DNA of 64,000 nt from Octopus bimaculoides. Its lineage: Eukaryota. A model generated the notes under the pieces. The model worked only from the letters and a program-made list of their open reading frames with translations, was not told the origin of the DNA and ran no database searches. The DNA is taken from NCBI RefSeq assembly GCF_001194135.2, contig NC_068985.1, positions 103,176,735 through 103,240,734 on the forward strand. The letters are read 5' to 3'. A program made the position numbers and the translations under genes. This document shows, in pieces, positions 1 to 12,227 of this stretch; position 1 is the first letter of the stretch, and each line of letters starts with the position of its first letter.

Positions 1-864
1 CGAATTTACGACATTTATTATCCACAGATTTTAAAGTGTAATTTTAGGCTTAGAAAACCCATACTAATGCTTGAACATCTTGAAAAAGTAATATTCAGTT
101 TTGTTATACACAACCATGATTTTGAAGATTAGCGAGAAAAATGTGTTTTATGTTTATGTATGTTTATTTAAATATTAAACAAGCTAACAGAACTTCAACA
201 TCCCAAACACAAGTAAACAAACTGTTTAATTTTTGCATTTTCCCATCTTCAAACAAATCTTGTAACTTATCTCTAGTCCAAATTGATGTCTTTTGGTTTG
301 TTTTAGTTTGTGTTACCTTATCTACCTTCCAATTGTTTGTATCATTGTTTTATATTTTGTCTTTAATCAACCAACTCTTAGTTGAATCTGTTGTGCAGAT
401 TACCCTGCCATCTTTTTTCGGTTGGGAATTGCAGGCAGTTTTCTTCTGTCTGGTGTTTATGGCAAAAGTTGTTATATAGTGAGCATGACTGATGATTGAC
501 ACTTTTATCTTCAGGCAAGCCATATCATCATCTTCAAGTTTGTCTTGAAGAGGAAAGTGAAAGTGAAAGTAAATTTGTTAAAAGGTGGTTGAGAATGACA
601 AGCATGTCCTGAGTGAACAGCTCTGTTATAATATGCCTGTGACTGGAAAATCACTGCTTGGAGAAGGTATTTGCTGTTCACAATAAGGGTAATCTGATAT
701 CTAGGTTTCCTTAATTGGTCCAAAATAGTTAACCCCTTTTGAGATGGATTGTTTTATTTCTTTTGCATTTATACTGTTTATGCCTATGTTTTCTCATACT
801 TGATTATATAAAACCCCACCATCTTGTAATGTCTCTACATTTTTCTCCTTTGTGGCAAAATATT

Positions 865-890
865 ATTGTTATTATTATTATTATTATTAT

Positions 891-925
<35 letters not shown>

Positions 926-926
926 C

Positions 927-961
<35 letters not shown>

Positions 962-980
962 ACAACAGCGATAATAATAA
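865..980. repeat. Compound trinucleotide microsatellite (TAT)n-(TAG)n
   Basis: Read directly; it explains the poly-Ile/Ser/Leu ORFs at 739-993. Confidence 0.95.
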
Positions 981-2310
981 TTTCTTCATATAAATGCTTG
1001 ACTTTTGAGTTTAGTTTGTAGGTTACATCTGCATCTGAAACTGCTTGACATCAATTGCATAATGGGTGGAGAAGGTGAGGGTCTGTATTCAAGAAACGGT
1101 AGAGATATTGATGTATGTGTGCTGGATTGATTTTTAAAGAGGAGGTTGTTTTTTTTTTTAATATCTTATTAAATTGCAAGTTCAAATGTGTATGTTATGT
1201 TACAAGTGTAGTGTATATGATTTGCAAACATGAGTGCAACTGTGTCTATGGATATGCTTCAGTTCTACTTAACATGCACTGTGTTTTTACACTGGGATGT
1301 AACTTGTTTGTTAGTGTTTATTTTTTTGCATGTTTCAATTCCAGGTTGTTTAGTGTGTTGCTTTTGCCTAAATGACTTGCATATGAAATCATGGACCATA
1401 TCTTAAATATGCTAGTGGCTGCAAGCACTTGTAGCCATTATATAATGTAAATGCATAAGGATTGCAGAAGCAGCTTGATATTCTATCTGTGCACCAGCAG
1501 TTAGTGTGAAGAATACTGCATTCATTACTTCCTAATGCACTTATTGATGTACTTGATTGCTTTTTCAAGTGTATTTTTATTTGTAAACTTCCTATATGTG
1601 TAATTATGTTTAACTGAAGTATATTTATAAAGTATACAGTATATGCATGTGTAGTTGTTTGTGCATGTGAGTTTAAGCATTCTCACCTGGCTATACACTT
1701 CAGTGTGTCTATAAAATTACAGTAACATAAATGTGTATATGTGAGTATAGCAAAATAGATTGTGTGTTGGAGTGTCATGACCAAATTGGTGTGTCTATGT
1801 GCAAATAAATTCCATTTGGTGTATATTTGTATGCAATTGTAAACTCACTTTTGTATAAATTTAGCTTTGTGTATGTGAGTGCAAACAAAATCAGTTGAAG
1901 AGTGCATTTTTGTTATTGCCTACAAATTGAGTTCCAAACAAAATGCCATATGGTATTTAGTTAAGTCTCTGTTCAAATATTTTTCTCTTTTATCCTTCTG
2001 GGTTATAAAATAAGTACCAGTTATATAATTTTATTTTATCATGTATGCACTGTTATCCATATTTTTGGCCTGATGTTATAAGAAATCCTTATCTATTACA
2101 GAAAAAAATCAAGTAAACTGTAGAAGCAAAGCAACCATAAAGACCCATAAAAATAGGTCATATCAGTTTTATTAAAAAGAAATGTTTTAAATTTTAAAGT
2201 GCATGCAAATAAAACCTTAGAGATGTGTTTGAAAATTTATATAGGATCTGCCAGGTGTGTGTAAGAAATAAAACAATATATACACATATATGAAACTAGT
2301 GCAATATATA

Positions 2311-2962
2311 TATTGGGTTATCCCATAAATAATGCAGATTTTTCAATTGCATGAACTAAAAGTCAGAGGGTGATGGGATAAACTACCTGCATTAACTTAC
2401 TATAAAAGCAGGTAGTAATTTTACCTTGTGCTTTTTCTTAGTGCAAACTTTTAAGAGTGCAGTTCAATTTTAAGTTATTTTTTCAAAGTTATAGTGGCAG
2501 TGACAAAGGAATTTATTCAGCATATTTTGCTTTCTGAGTTCAATAAAGGCAACCACACAATGGAAAGTGCAAGGAATATTAATGCAGTATATGGGGATCA
2601 GACAATAAGCATAAGCCAGTGTCAACAGTGGTTACAGAAATTCCGAGCCGGAAACTACAGCCTAGAAGACGAGCCTTGTCCTGAAAGATCTGTAGAGCTC
2701 AATGAGGACGTTCTATGAACCCTGGTGGAACAAAATCCCATTGTAACTGTTGAGCAACTAGCAGAGAAGCTTGGATTTGGTCATTCAATTATTCATCGAC
2801 ACTTGTGTGCCATCGGAAAAGTCAGTAAATTGAGTCAATGGGTTCCTCACAAACTTTCCGCGTCTAATCGCACACAGAGAGTGAATGTGTATTCTTCTTT
2901 GCTGTCACATCTCACAAATGAACCTTTTTTGGACCGAATAGTGACTGGTAACGAGAAATAGG
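2311..2962 (+). mobile_element. Mariner transposon, left end plus N-terminal half of the transposase (pseudogene, 3'-truncated)
   Basis: TA followed by the TIR-like ttgggttatcccataaataatgc. ORFs 2494-2718 and 2725-2961 read in frame across a stop and give the HTH region, WVPHKL and DRIVTGNEK* (decayed DRIVTGDEKW, first catalytic Asp). Homology stops there. Confidence 0.92.
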
Positions 2963-3074
2963 TTTAATTGCTGTTTGGCTTGTCTTTGAAAAAGTCACAC
3001 TAAATGAATGGTCACCACATGCTTACACATGTATAATTATATACTCATGTATATGCATACGTGGGTATATGTAT

Positions 3075-3525
3075 GCAAAGTATATATTTGACTGCATTTT
3101 GCTTGTATACACTTCCTTGTATATCTCTGTTGCATCTTCACCTTCTCTCTTCTCTTTCTACTCTCCTACTGAAGTAGCCATATATCTCCTTTACTGTAAG
3201 ACACCTATTTCTATTCCTCTATTCATACTGTAATCTCTCATCACCTAGCACAAATTCACCTCCCTCATTACTACTCTCCAGTCAGATGTGGTGGGTGTGG
3301 AGGGTCTTGTTAGTTATTTGGTGATGTCATTGCTGTTGGTTCCACATTGTAAGTACTCATTACACACTGAAAAGTGGTCAGCGTTTGGAAGGGCATCCAG
3401 GCATGGAAACCATGCAAAAGTTGATAGTAAAGCTTGGTGCAGTCTTCTGATTTCCTAGCTCTTGTCAAACTGTCCAGTTTATACCAGCATAGACAATGTA
3501 CTTTAAATAATGAGTAGGATGATCT
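3075..3525 (+). mobile_element. Diverged RTE-type LINE 3' UTR fragment
   Basis: CT-rich tract followed by ggaagggcatccag...aaactgtcc...agcatagaca, a diverged version of the RTE-tail repeat seen at 18764 and 62285. Boundaries are approximate. Confidence 0.5.
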
Positions 3526-4944
3526 TGATGCATCCATTTCACAGTAAAATACTTATGACAAACACATGCACTATAAGAAGTGAAGACATTGAGAAATCCA
3601 GCAGTTATGAAAAGCGAGTAAGCTCACCATTAGGGATTTGAACTCTGAACCACATGTTACTAGCTATTGTGAAACTTGTAGACTAGCACACTATCATCTC
3701 AGACGTTTCTTTTTCCTCTTTTGTCATCTTTTTTTATGTATGTATTGATGTGAGTGTATGCAAAAGTACACAAATGCAATTATGCATGTAACATAGTGTT
3801 TAGTATGCAAAATCCTTACATATCTTCACCAAACACATCCCTGCTGCACCTGTTGCTGCACATTTACAAGAGGTTTTTTTAGGTAGATGTGCAATTGTGT
3901 GTGTGTGGGATTGATTGAAATAATAAGCAAATAAAAATAAACCTACACTTCATTACTAGACTGAGACATTGGGTTTTGGAAATAAATTGGAAAAACCTCA
4001 TTCCAAACCTCATTGAATATATATTATAAAAACTGACGAGTGGTTCTAGAGTGATAGAGAAAGCATATGTTAAGTATCTCCCAGCCTGGATTCTATGTTG
4101 TATTTAATCTGCAGATATATACCTTACTTCCCTTTTGCTCAGTATAGCTACTAAGATTCTTCCAGCAAACTCATACTTCTTTAGATATTTTAATTCTGAC
4201 TTTCTATCAAACTATGGCGTTTTTGCATTACCTCCATTAATATTTTTGAACATATTTAATAGAAAACATGTTGGGAAAGGATTCACACATTTTAAATGAC
4301 AAAATGTTTGAAATAAATCCAGATGCCTTGCTTTATAATTCTTTTTCCTCATTGCCTTGGAAATCTCTGATCATATTTTCTTTCCAACTACTTGCATGTA
4401 GAAATTCAATGTTTCTTCTCTTAATCCCATTCTTCACTCAAGAAGAATCTAAACGAATAAAAGGTTAAAGTTCTGATCTTTTGGTCACACTTCTTTCCTT
4501 TTTACGTATTTTCATATCTATTTGAAACAGATAAGCACACATTTATAAAATGCCACCTAAGTGGTTGCTGAAAGTGCTGAAAAGGACAATTTCAGAATTG
4601 TCCACCAGACCATAGTATCCATCAATAGAAAAAAAAAAATGACCTGTCTTATAGTTGCCACTAAAGATATGTTCTGTTAAAGAATTTAAAATCCTCAATC
4701 GCTGTTAACTCTAATATACCATACTCAACCTAGCAAGTCCATGCAAAATGGTTGGGTATTCAGGTTGGGATGCCTTTAGAAATTATGGCCTACTCATGCC
4801 AGTCACATTCCAGAAGTATTTATAGTGATGCAAACACACACATTATTATTGTTATTATTAGTATTATTATTTACAGAATTGTAAAATTCAGCACTGTTTG
4901 TCAAATCATCGCATATATATATATATAAATATTTAGAGATGTGC

Positions 4945-5100
4945 TTTTCTTTTTCTTTACTTGTTTTAGAGTCACTTTACTGTGGCCATAGTGGGGCACT
5001 GCATTGAAGGTTTTAGTCAAACAAATTGACCCAAGTACTTAGGTCTTTTTACTACTGCTGCTTATTGAAACAGTATCTTTTGTTGAACTGCTACGTTAGA
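4945..5100 (-). mobile_element. Diverged 3' half of SINE family A
   Basis: cttttacttgttt..agtca..tgtggccat..ttttagtc..aaattgaccc matches the reverse complement of the family A tail. Confidence 0.55.
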
Positions 5101-5346
5101 GAAACAAAAAAAACAAAACAACACTGATTTTCAAGCAATGGGGCTGACAAAGAGAGGTACACACACACACACACACACACACACATACGCATATGTATGG
5201 GGCAATATGTGTATGTATGAATGTATATGCACAAACTTTTAAACCACACTTGTGCCTATATATATATAAATATATATACATGGTGCTTAAGCATACCCAT
5301 GCCTGTGTATATATATACACACACACACGCACACACACACACATAC

Positions 5347-5396
<50 letters not shown>

Positions 5397-5447
5397 NNNN
5401 NNNNNNNNNNNNNNNNNNNNNNNNNNNNNNNNNNNNNNNNNNNNNNN

Positions 5448-5490
<43 letters not shown>

Positions 5491-6520
5491 CATATGTGTG
5501 TAATTTCCTAGCTATAAATATAAATATACACATATATACTGCCATCTGTGTATCATAGTAAATATTCTCACAGAATGCATAATGGTGTGGAATTGTCTGA
5601 GATAAAAATCTCTTCATAAACATCTTTTAAATACACACACACACATGTATATTTATATACAGTTATAAAGATTGTTTGATGTGGTGTACAGATATGAAAA
5701 ATGATGAAGTTAGGATTTTTGGCTAATTATTCATTTAGCACTTTCATCTCTTTTTGAGAGATTCATCATGAATGATTTTTACTTACATAATAATTCATGC
5801 TTTCTATATATGTGTCTGTATTCGTGTGTTAGTTGAAAACAAATCTGGAGTTGAATTGAGAAAATGTTCTTTGTTATTTCGAGTCCATGAGTGGTGAATT
5901 TTTGGAGGTTTTGTAAGAGAGAGAGGAAAAAAGAAAGAAAGAAAGAAAGAGATCTTTTTCTGGGATTGATGAAATTGCTTTGTATTTTTGGTTAGTTGTC
6001 ATGTTATCCAGCTGTAGAGAGGGGTCTTTTTCTGGGATGATTGAAATTAATTACAGTTCAAGAAGTCAATTTTCTTTTACTCCTTGTAGTTTTGGTCAGT
6101 TGTCATGTTACCCAGCTGTGGAAAATACACTATCAAATCATTATGGAATTTTTTAAAATGTATCTGTGTGAGAGTGTGTGTGTGTTGGTTGCTCCTGTGA
6201 ATTTTGCCAGTTATTTTAGTAACAATAACCAGAACATTACTAATAATATCCAACAGTAATCTGATTTGTTTCATCTGGGACACTAATTTTTTTTAATAAG
6301 GATTTCTTGTGTTTATAGATATATTTTTTTTTTATACATTTAGTTTAATTAAGAATTTTTTAATAAAATGTAGTTCTGTTGCCTTCTGGTACTTTGGGTC
6401 ATCCCTTGGGCATTTGTAGAAGGAAAAGATCTTACCCTTTCTACTGCTGGCTACCATGACAACAGACCAAAAATACAATGCAATTTCAGCTATCTTGGAG
6501 AAAGACTTTCTCTCTTTCTC

Positions 6521-6552
<32 letters not shown>

Positions 6553-6689
6553 TTTTACTAAGCCTCCAAAAAATTACCACACATACACATACACACGTAT
6601 TCAAAATAACAAAACATTATCTTCTCAATTCAACTCCAGATTTTTTTTTTCAACTAACTCACACATATATAAAAGGCATGAATCTCCCA

Positions 6690-6935
6690 AAACGAGATAA
6701 CAGTTCTGAATAAGTAATTATCCAAAAATCCTGACTATCTCTCTTTTCAGCAACATAATTACACACTTGCTGTTAGCGATTTCTTTTCCTTTTTTGGACC
6801 TTTCCTTTTCTCCTTTCCGATGAAGAGCTATACTCGAAACATCCAACTCTCTCTTTTCACTGAGCATCAAACTAATACATTTCTTGCACATGTCCTCTCA
6901 TTGCCCATTAACTTTACTCATTTATTTGAATTGAC
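6690..6935 (+). mobile_element. Penelope-like terminal repeat remnant with a degenerate minimal hammerhead motif
   Basis: tttCCGATGAaGAGctataCTCGAAACATCcaa at 6814-6846 has hammerhead core order and a GAG/CTC stem II. The Penelope assignment is inference. Confidence 0.5.
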
Positions 6936-9900
6936 TATATATATCGGACCTTTAATGGGGTCTTCTGTGTTGCTAGTATTCACTGTAGGATTCTAGTCTG
7001 AGGGTTACTTGCCCTACCAGCCAGGTGGGTCCTGGAAACTTTCATGGGGACTCCATTTCCTCTTTGAAGTTTTTGACATTATAATTACAATATTACTACT
7101 ACCACAGCAACTATGGTTATTATTTGATAGATTGGATAAAGATGGAACAAATACAGATGGAGCACACTGATATCACTGTCTTGGAAGGGGACCACTTCGA
7201 GGCAGCAACCAGAGAATTTCTTTTGTTTTAGTTTTCAGTACCATGAGCATAACCACTGCTCAACCTATGTAACTATTATCATCATCATCATTATGAAAAT
7301 GTAATCATTATTTCTATCACCATTTTTAGCATCCCTACCATCTGTTTCATCATTGTCATCATCATCATCATCATCATTTTATCTTTGTTTTCATTATCTC
7401 GTATTTTCTTTTTTCCTTGTTTCAAAATTTTCTTTACATTTTCCACCTTTTCATCTTAATCATAATCTTCATAATCAACATTGCTACCTTACCTCCTCCT
7501 TTCCAATATGCACAGTTCATAGATCTCTGGCAATTGGCAGCAGCACTAATAACACAGCAAGATCAATATTGTCATGGCAACTAGAAAGCTATGCACTTTT
7601 TTCTTCTACCATTACTACAATTTCCCTTTTCTGTATTTCACTCTACTTCCTATCTTACCGTTTCTATTTAGTAATACTTTCTTCAACATGTAAGAAGCTA
7701 TTGTTTTCTTTTTTCTGTCTCTATTTTCTCTGTGTGTAAATTTGAGTGTATAAATATACCTGGTGCATGTGTGTATCTTTGTGTAATATGTAGTTTTGTG
7801 ATTACTTATACATTCAGGCATATACGAGGTCACGTATTTGCATGTATTTATTCTTCTGGATGAAAGCATGAAATGTGCGCATATACATTTACAGACATGT
7901 TTTCTTTCTCTCAGTTATATATATATACACTTATTGGCACACATTTTAAGCTGAAAGGATTAAAGGGTTGTGTGTTACAATAGAACTGCACAACTACACA
8001 GGTTATGTCCCTTACATCTTCTGATATTACACCAGCTATGGCTGCATATGTCTCTTAATTTGATTAAAAGTTGCTATATTTATCAATATAGATTAATTAA
8101 TTTAAAAGTTACCAATTACAGAATCAAAATGGGCATGACCAGACCAATTTGACATTCCAGCAAACTCTACTCAATGTAGTAAGAAGTTATTGAAGAAATT
8201 CAACTATTCCTTGACAACTGTCTATCTTGACATTAATCCTTGCAAATTAGGATTTTTCTTCTTAAAATATTGGACCTGATGTATGTAGTAGCCATTATAC
8301 AATATTTACACCACTTGATAATACCTTAAAATGGCTTGAAGAAGCTCATGTGAAACCCCCTAATAAAATATATGTTTAGATGCCTTCTGACGGAAACAAA
8401 CTTCTACAGAATTGTATCAGCTCCTGATTGCAATTTTAAATCTATAACAGCTGAAGAAAAATGTTCATTTGTAAGAGGCCACTAGTCTAAAACCTTAATA
8501 TTGGCAAGTGCCATCTAACAGTATAGAGATTTGAAAGATGCCCAGTTTAATGCTGGATCATATTAAATGCTTTTTGTTTTTGTGGAGTACTCTGATATTA
8601 GTGGAAAAATTTTCATGGTAAATTTGAACAAGTTGCTTCAGTGATCCCTAAAGCTTTAAGAATGGGCTATTTCTGTGGTAGCTTGAATATCCACCCTTGT
8701 GCTTGTGTTAAAACTGTTGTTTGTTAAAATGTAAAAGAGTAGGGTACTAGTCTACTATCTGATAGTCTGATGACTGCACCTCTTGTGTCCTTCAGAGGGT
8801 TTGTTCAGCTACTGAGACCCTTTTACTATCTATGATAATGGTGAAAATTGCTGACAAGATGTGAAAATTCTCTTTGATACAAGCTCATCAGAAAATTTTA
8901 TCTGTTAAATATAAGCTAATCAGCTCAAACTGACAATATATCCCAAACCAGGTACTGTTTCTGTGGCTAAATTCTGAATTAACAACATAAATTAATGGAT
9001 TCTTTATAGCTAAAACATCTATAAAAGATAAATTATATGAAAATGTAGAACACTTTGTTGTTCTACTATTTTTGTTGATCTGATTCTTGCCATGCCTTTT
9101 TGAAATTGCATACAGAAAGTAGAGTTATTTATCCTGGATCAGGACCATTTTATTTTGTAGTCATATTTAACTACAAGTGGCTGAAAATATGGTTAATGTT
9201 TCCAAAATCTCACTCAAATTTGTTGCAGCCAATTCTTACTGATGCAGTGTCGATAGTAAAGAATTGATTCAATAATTTGAAAACTTTGACAAAAAGGTAT
9301 CATAGAATTAAGCAATTCACCACTTCTGTCAAAAAGTTTGGCTTTTATTGGTGATTCCATTTAGAAAATGCTTGTAGTAGATTTTTGTCAAGCTACAAAC
9401 ATTTTACAGAGTTTGATGTTTATCTAGTTCCCTATATAGATGATCTAGTCAATATTATATTCAAACATTAATGTTACAATAAAAGTAATCTAAGTAGAAT
9501 TTATTATTAAATTAATAAATACATTAAAAAAATAAAAGCAAACTAAAAAACTGAAAACAGTTTTCCAAGCTTCTAGAGGTCTATATAAATTTACAAAAGT
9601 TCCTTTGAGTATTACAACTGGTGTGTCAATGTTTCAGGTAAGTGTTGAACTTATCAACTGAAGTAATCTTTAAGATATCTATCAAATAGTTCAAATAATT
9701 TTTTGCTTATGGTGAAAAAAGTCTGAATCCAAACCAATCTTTCATTAAATGGACAAGCATAATAATCTAATCTTAAACAAAAGTGAATGTAAATATTTGA
9801 TATTTCATAACTTCTTAGGTTATTTAATTTCATATGGAGAATTGTCTTGGTATGGAATATTTTCAAGCCCTCAAATACTGGAATTGTTTTGAAAGCTACT

Positions 9901-10008
9901 ATTAAAATATCAGAATGTTAGTCAATATAAACTTGTCTGGGGATGCTGTAAAATATAAGCTGTTATTGTACCTTTTTGTTTATAGGCCCAGTATCATCAG
10001 ATTCATAA

Positions 10009-11551
10009 CACTGGGAAACATGGTTTTTCTTCTTCTGGTGTTAGAGACATGCTTCCTAATAATTATGGGGTACTGATTTCAAAGATGAAATCCATTTTAC
10101 TCTATCATACCAAGATTTTTCACAAACTCAAATGTCCATTTTTCAACATTTCTGGTGTTGTCACTATTTCTAAGGGTAGATATTAGCTTCTAATCCAGAC
10201 CCGTGTATGAAGCTTGACAAAACTTTGAAAATATAGTTTTTCGTTATCATTTAAAGTAATTGCAACTACAAAAGTGAAAACAAAAGTCATGGTTTAAATA
10301 TCTTCGGTAAATAAAAAGCATCAAGCTTCAACAACTTACGCTATTTTCAATCTATGAGGACATGTTCTTTATACAATTAGATGTATAACGAAAACTGTGT
10401 GGTAAGTAGCTTGCTTACCAACCACATGGTACCGGGTACATTCCCACTGCGTGGCACCTTGGGCAAGTGTCTTCTAGTATAGCTTCGGACTGACCAAAGC
10501 CTTGTGAGTGGATTTGGTAGACGGAAACTGAAAGAAGCCCGTCGTATATATGCATATATATGTATGTGTGTGTATATGTTTGTGTGTCTGTGTCCCCCCA
10601 ACATGGCTTGACAACCGATGGTGGTGTGCTTAGGTCCCCGTAACTTAGCAGTTCGGCAAAAGAGACCGATAGAATAAGTACTAGGCATCCAAAGAATAAG
10701 TCCTGGGGTCGATTTGCTCGACTAAAGGCAGTGCTCCAGCATGGCCGGAGTCAAATGACTGAAACAAGTAAAAGAGTAAAAGAGAGTATAAGTTCTTTAT
10801 AATTTGATGACTTCCTGGGAAACAGGAAGTCATCAAATTATGAAGAAGTTGTGCAGATGCTGTGAACCAGTTTTCAAGCCCTGTGCTGCAACATGAGTGT
10901 CAAAGTGCATTTCCTGCACAGTCATTTGGACTACTTCCCTGAAAATCATAGTGCAGTAAATGATGAGCAAGGAGAAAAATTCTTCCAAAACATCGAAACC
11001 ATGGAGACTAGGTATCAAGGCAGGTGGAATTCTTTTGTGATGCAGGTTATTTAATGCAAAACAGCAAAGAGAAAGTTTACTCCTTGAGTAGCTGAAATTC
11101 CAGTTTGACAGAAAAATCTATCCTAAGATGTGTAATTAAACATTCTATGTAATATATTTGTTAAACAGTAAAAAGTACTATTTAGTTTGTGTTATTTTCT
11201 TATTTTAGTATTGCATTTAATGGCAAAATGAACAATATTTGGTAAAAAAAAAAAAAAAAATGAATTGCTGTTTTACAAAAAAAATTGACATAACAGGAAA
11301 TTTCTGAACCCAGCACCTTCAAAATTGTTCCCCAGTGGTGTTATCAATGAAATAATAAAAACAGCTGACCAGTCCTGCTACTGTCTAACAATAAAATTGT
11401 CTTTATTCAGTGAGTAAGCGGAAGAAAAAAAGAAAAAAAACTCGTGTTAGAAGATAACTGACTACAGTTTTGAAATCAGCACGCCAGTTTTCGTCTAAAT
11501 CCAGTGTAAGGCAATCTCACCAGAAATTATGTTCAAAATTGTTTCCCTTTG
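10009..11551 (+). mobile_element. Internally deleted DNA transposon, CMC/Chapaev-3-like
   Basis: Transposase C-terminus at about 10806-11030: DDFLGNRKSSNYEEVVQML*TSFQALCCNMSVKVHFLHSHLDYFPENHSAVNDEQGEKFFQNIETMETRYQGRWN. Left end cactgggaaaca (10009); imperfect inverted ends at 11326-11337 and 11540-11551 with a shared subterminal ggNgtNctgatttcaaa. The superfamily name comes from recalled motif similarity. Confidence 0.72.
10378..10788 (+). mobile_element. SINE family A, full length (tRNA-like head, ttgggcaag CORE-like block, internal TA/TG microsatellite, (taaaagag)n tail)
   Basis: Near-identical to copies at 15690, 20444, 28811 and 58510. A possible 10-bp TSD gttctttata lies at 10364-10373 and 10792-10801. 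Confidence 0.9.
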
Positions 11552-11870
11552 TAATTAATACCCAGCACGAACTTGAAAATTGAATGTATGATGTGTCAAT
11601 TATATTTACATACAAGTTCTGCTTAAGTATAAAAGAGTTATGTCCCTTACATCTTCCATTACTAGGGTTGCTGACGTTATATATTGCATCTTTTTTTAAT
11701 TAATTAAAGGATGCTGGAACATTATCGTAACAATGTGTGACTGTGTCTCAGAAATCAGTGGTGATGGCTGAAGCTAGAAACAGAAAAATATGTTGCAATA
11801 ATGATTGTAGTCTTTTTCATTTGGTCTTATGGCAAAAAAAAAAAAAAAAAAGTTGATTACACCAGTTGTA

Positions 11871-12226
11871 GGCCCAGTGGTTAGGGCAGCGGACTCGCGG
11901 TCATAGGATCGCGGTTTCGATTCCCAAACCGGGCGTTGTGAGTGTTTATTGATTGAAAACACCTAAAGCTCCACGAGGCTCGGCAGGGGATGGTGGCGAA
12001 CCCTGCTGTACTCTTCCACCACAACTTTCTCTCACTCTTACTTCCTGTTTCTGTTGTGCCTGTAATTCAAAGGGTCAGCCTGAATATCCCCAAGAACTAC
12101 GTTAAGAGTACACGTGTCTGTGGAGTGCGCAGCCACTAGCACGTTAATTTCACGAGCAGGCTCTTCCGTTGATTGGATCAACTGGAACCCTCGACGTCGT
12201 AAGCGACGGAGTGCCAGCAACAACAA
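11871..12226 (+). mobile_element. SINE family B (tRNA-derived, (CAA)n tail), slightly 5'-truncated
   Basis: Box A ggcccagtggttag and box B ggtttcgattccc; high identity to 32949-33320 and 45039-45360. Confidence 0.9.
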
Positions 12227-12227
12227 T

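Larger units (their letters stand above)
7973..11732 (+). mobile_element. Decayed Gypsy/Ty3 LTR retrotransposon (gag-protease-RT remnants about 8110-9890)
   Basis: Manual translation across stops and frameshifts: gag-like HVKP...DCNFKSITAEE...KTLILA...AQFNAGSY; zinc-knuckle remnant GYFCGSLNIHPC; protease ILFDTSSSENFI (DTG motif) and DLIL(G)HAFLKLH; RT KGIIELSNSP, KMLVVDF, PYIDDLVN, PLSITTGVSMFQ, NNLILNKSECK..NFLGYLIS. Ends are TGTTAC (7973) and GTAACA (11732); both end regions share gttatgtcccttacatctt; possible 5-bp TSD TTGTG/ATGTG. Confidence 0.82.

Noticed and set aside
5096-5623. ORFs spanning N runs or CA/TA/GA repeats (also at 24927, 31334, 34705, 41136-42009, 45262, 58462)
   Set aside because: They are open only because N or dinucleotide repeats contain no stops.
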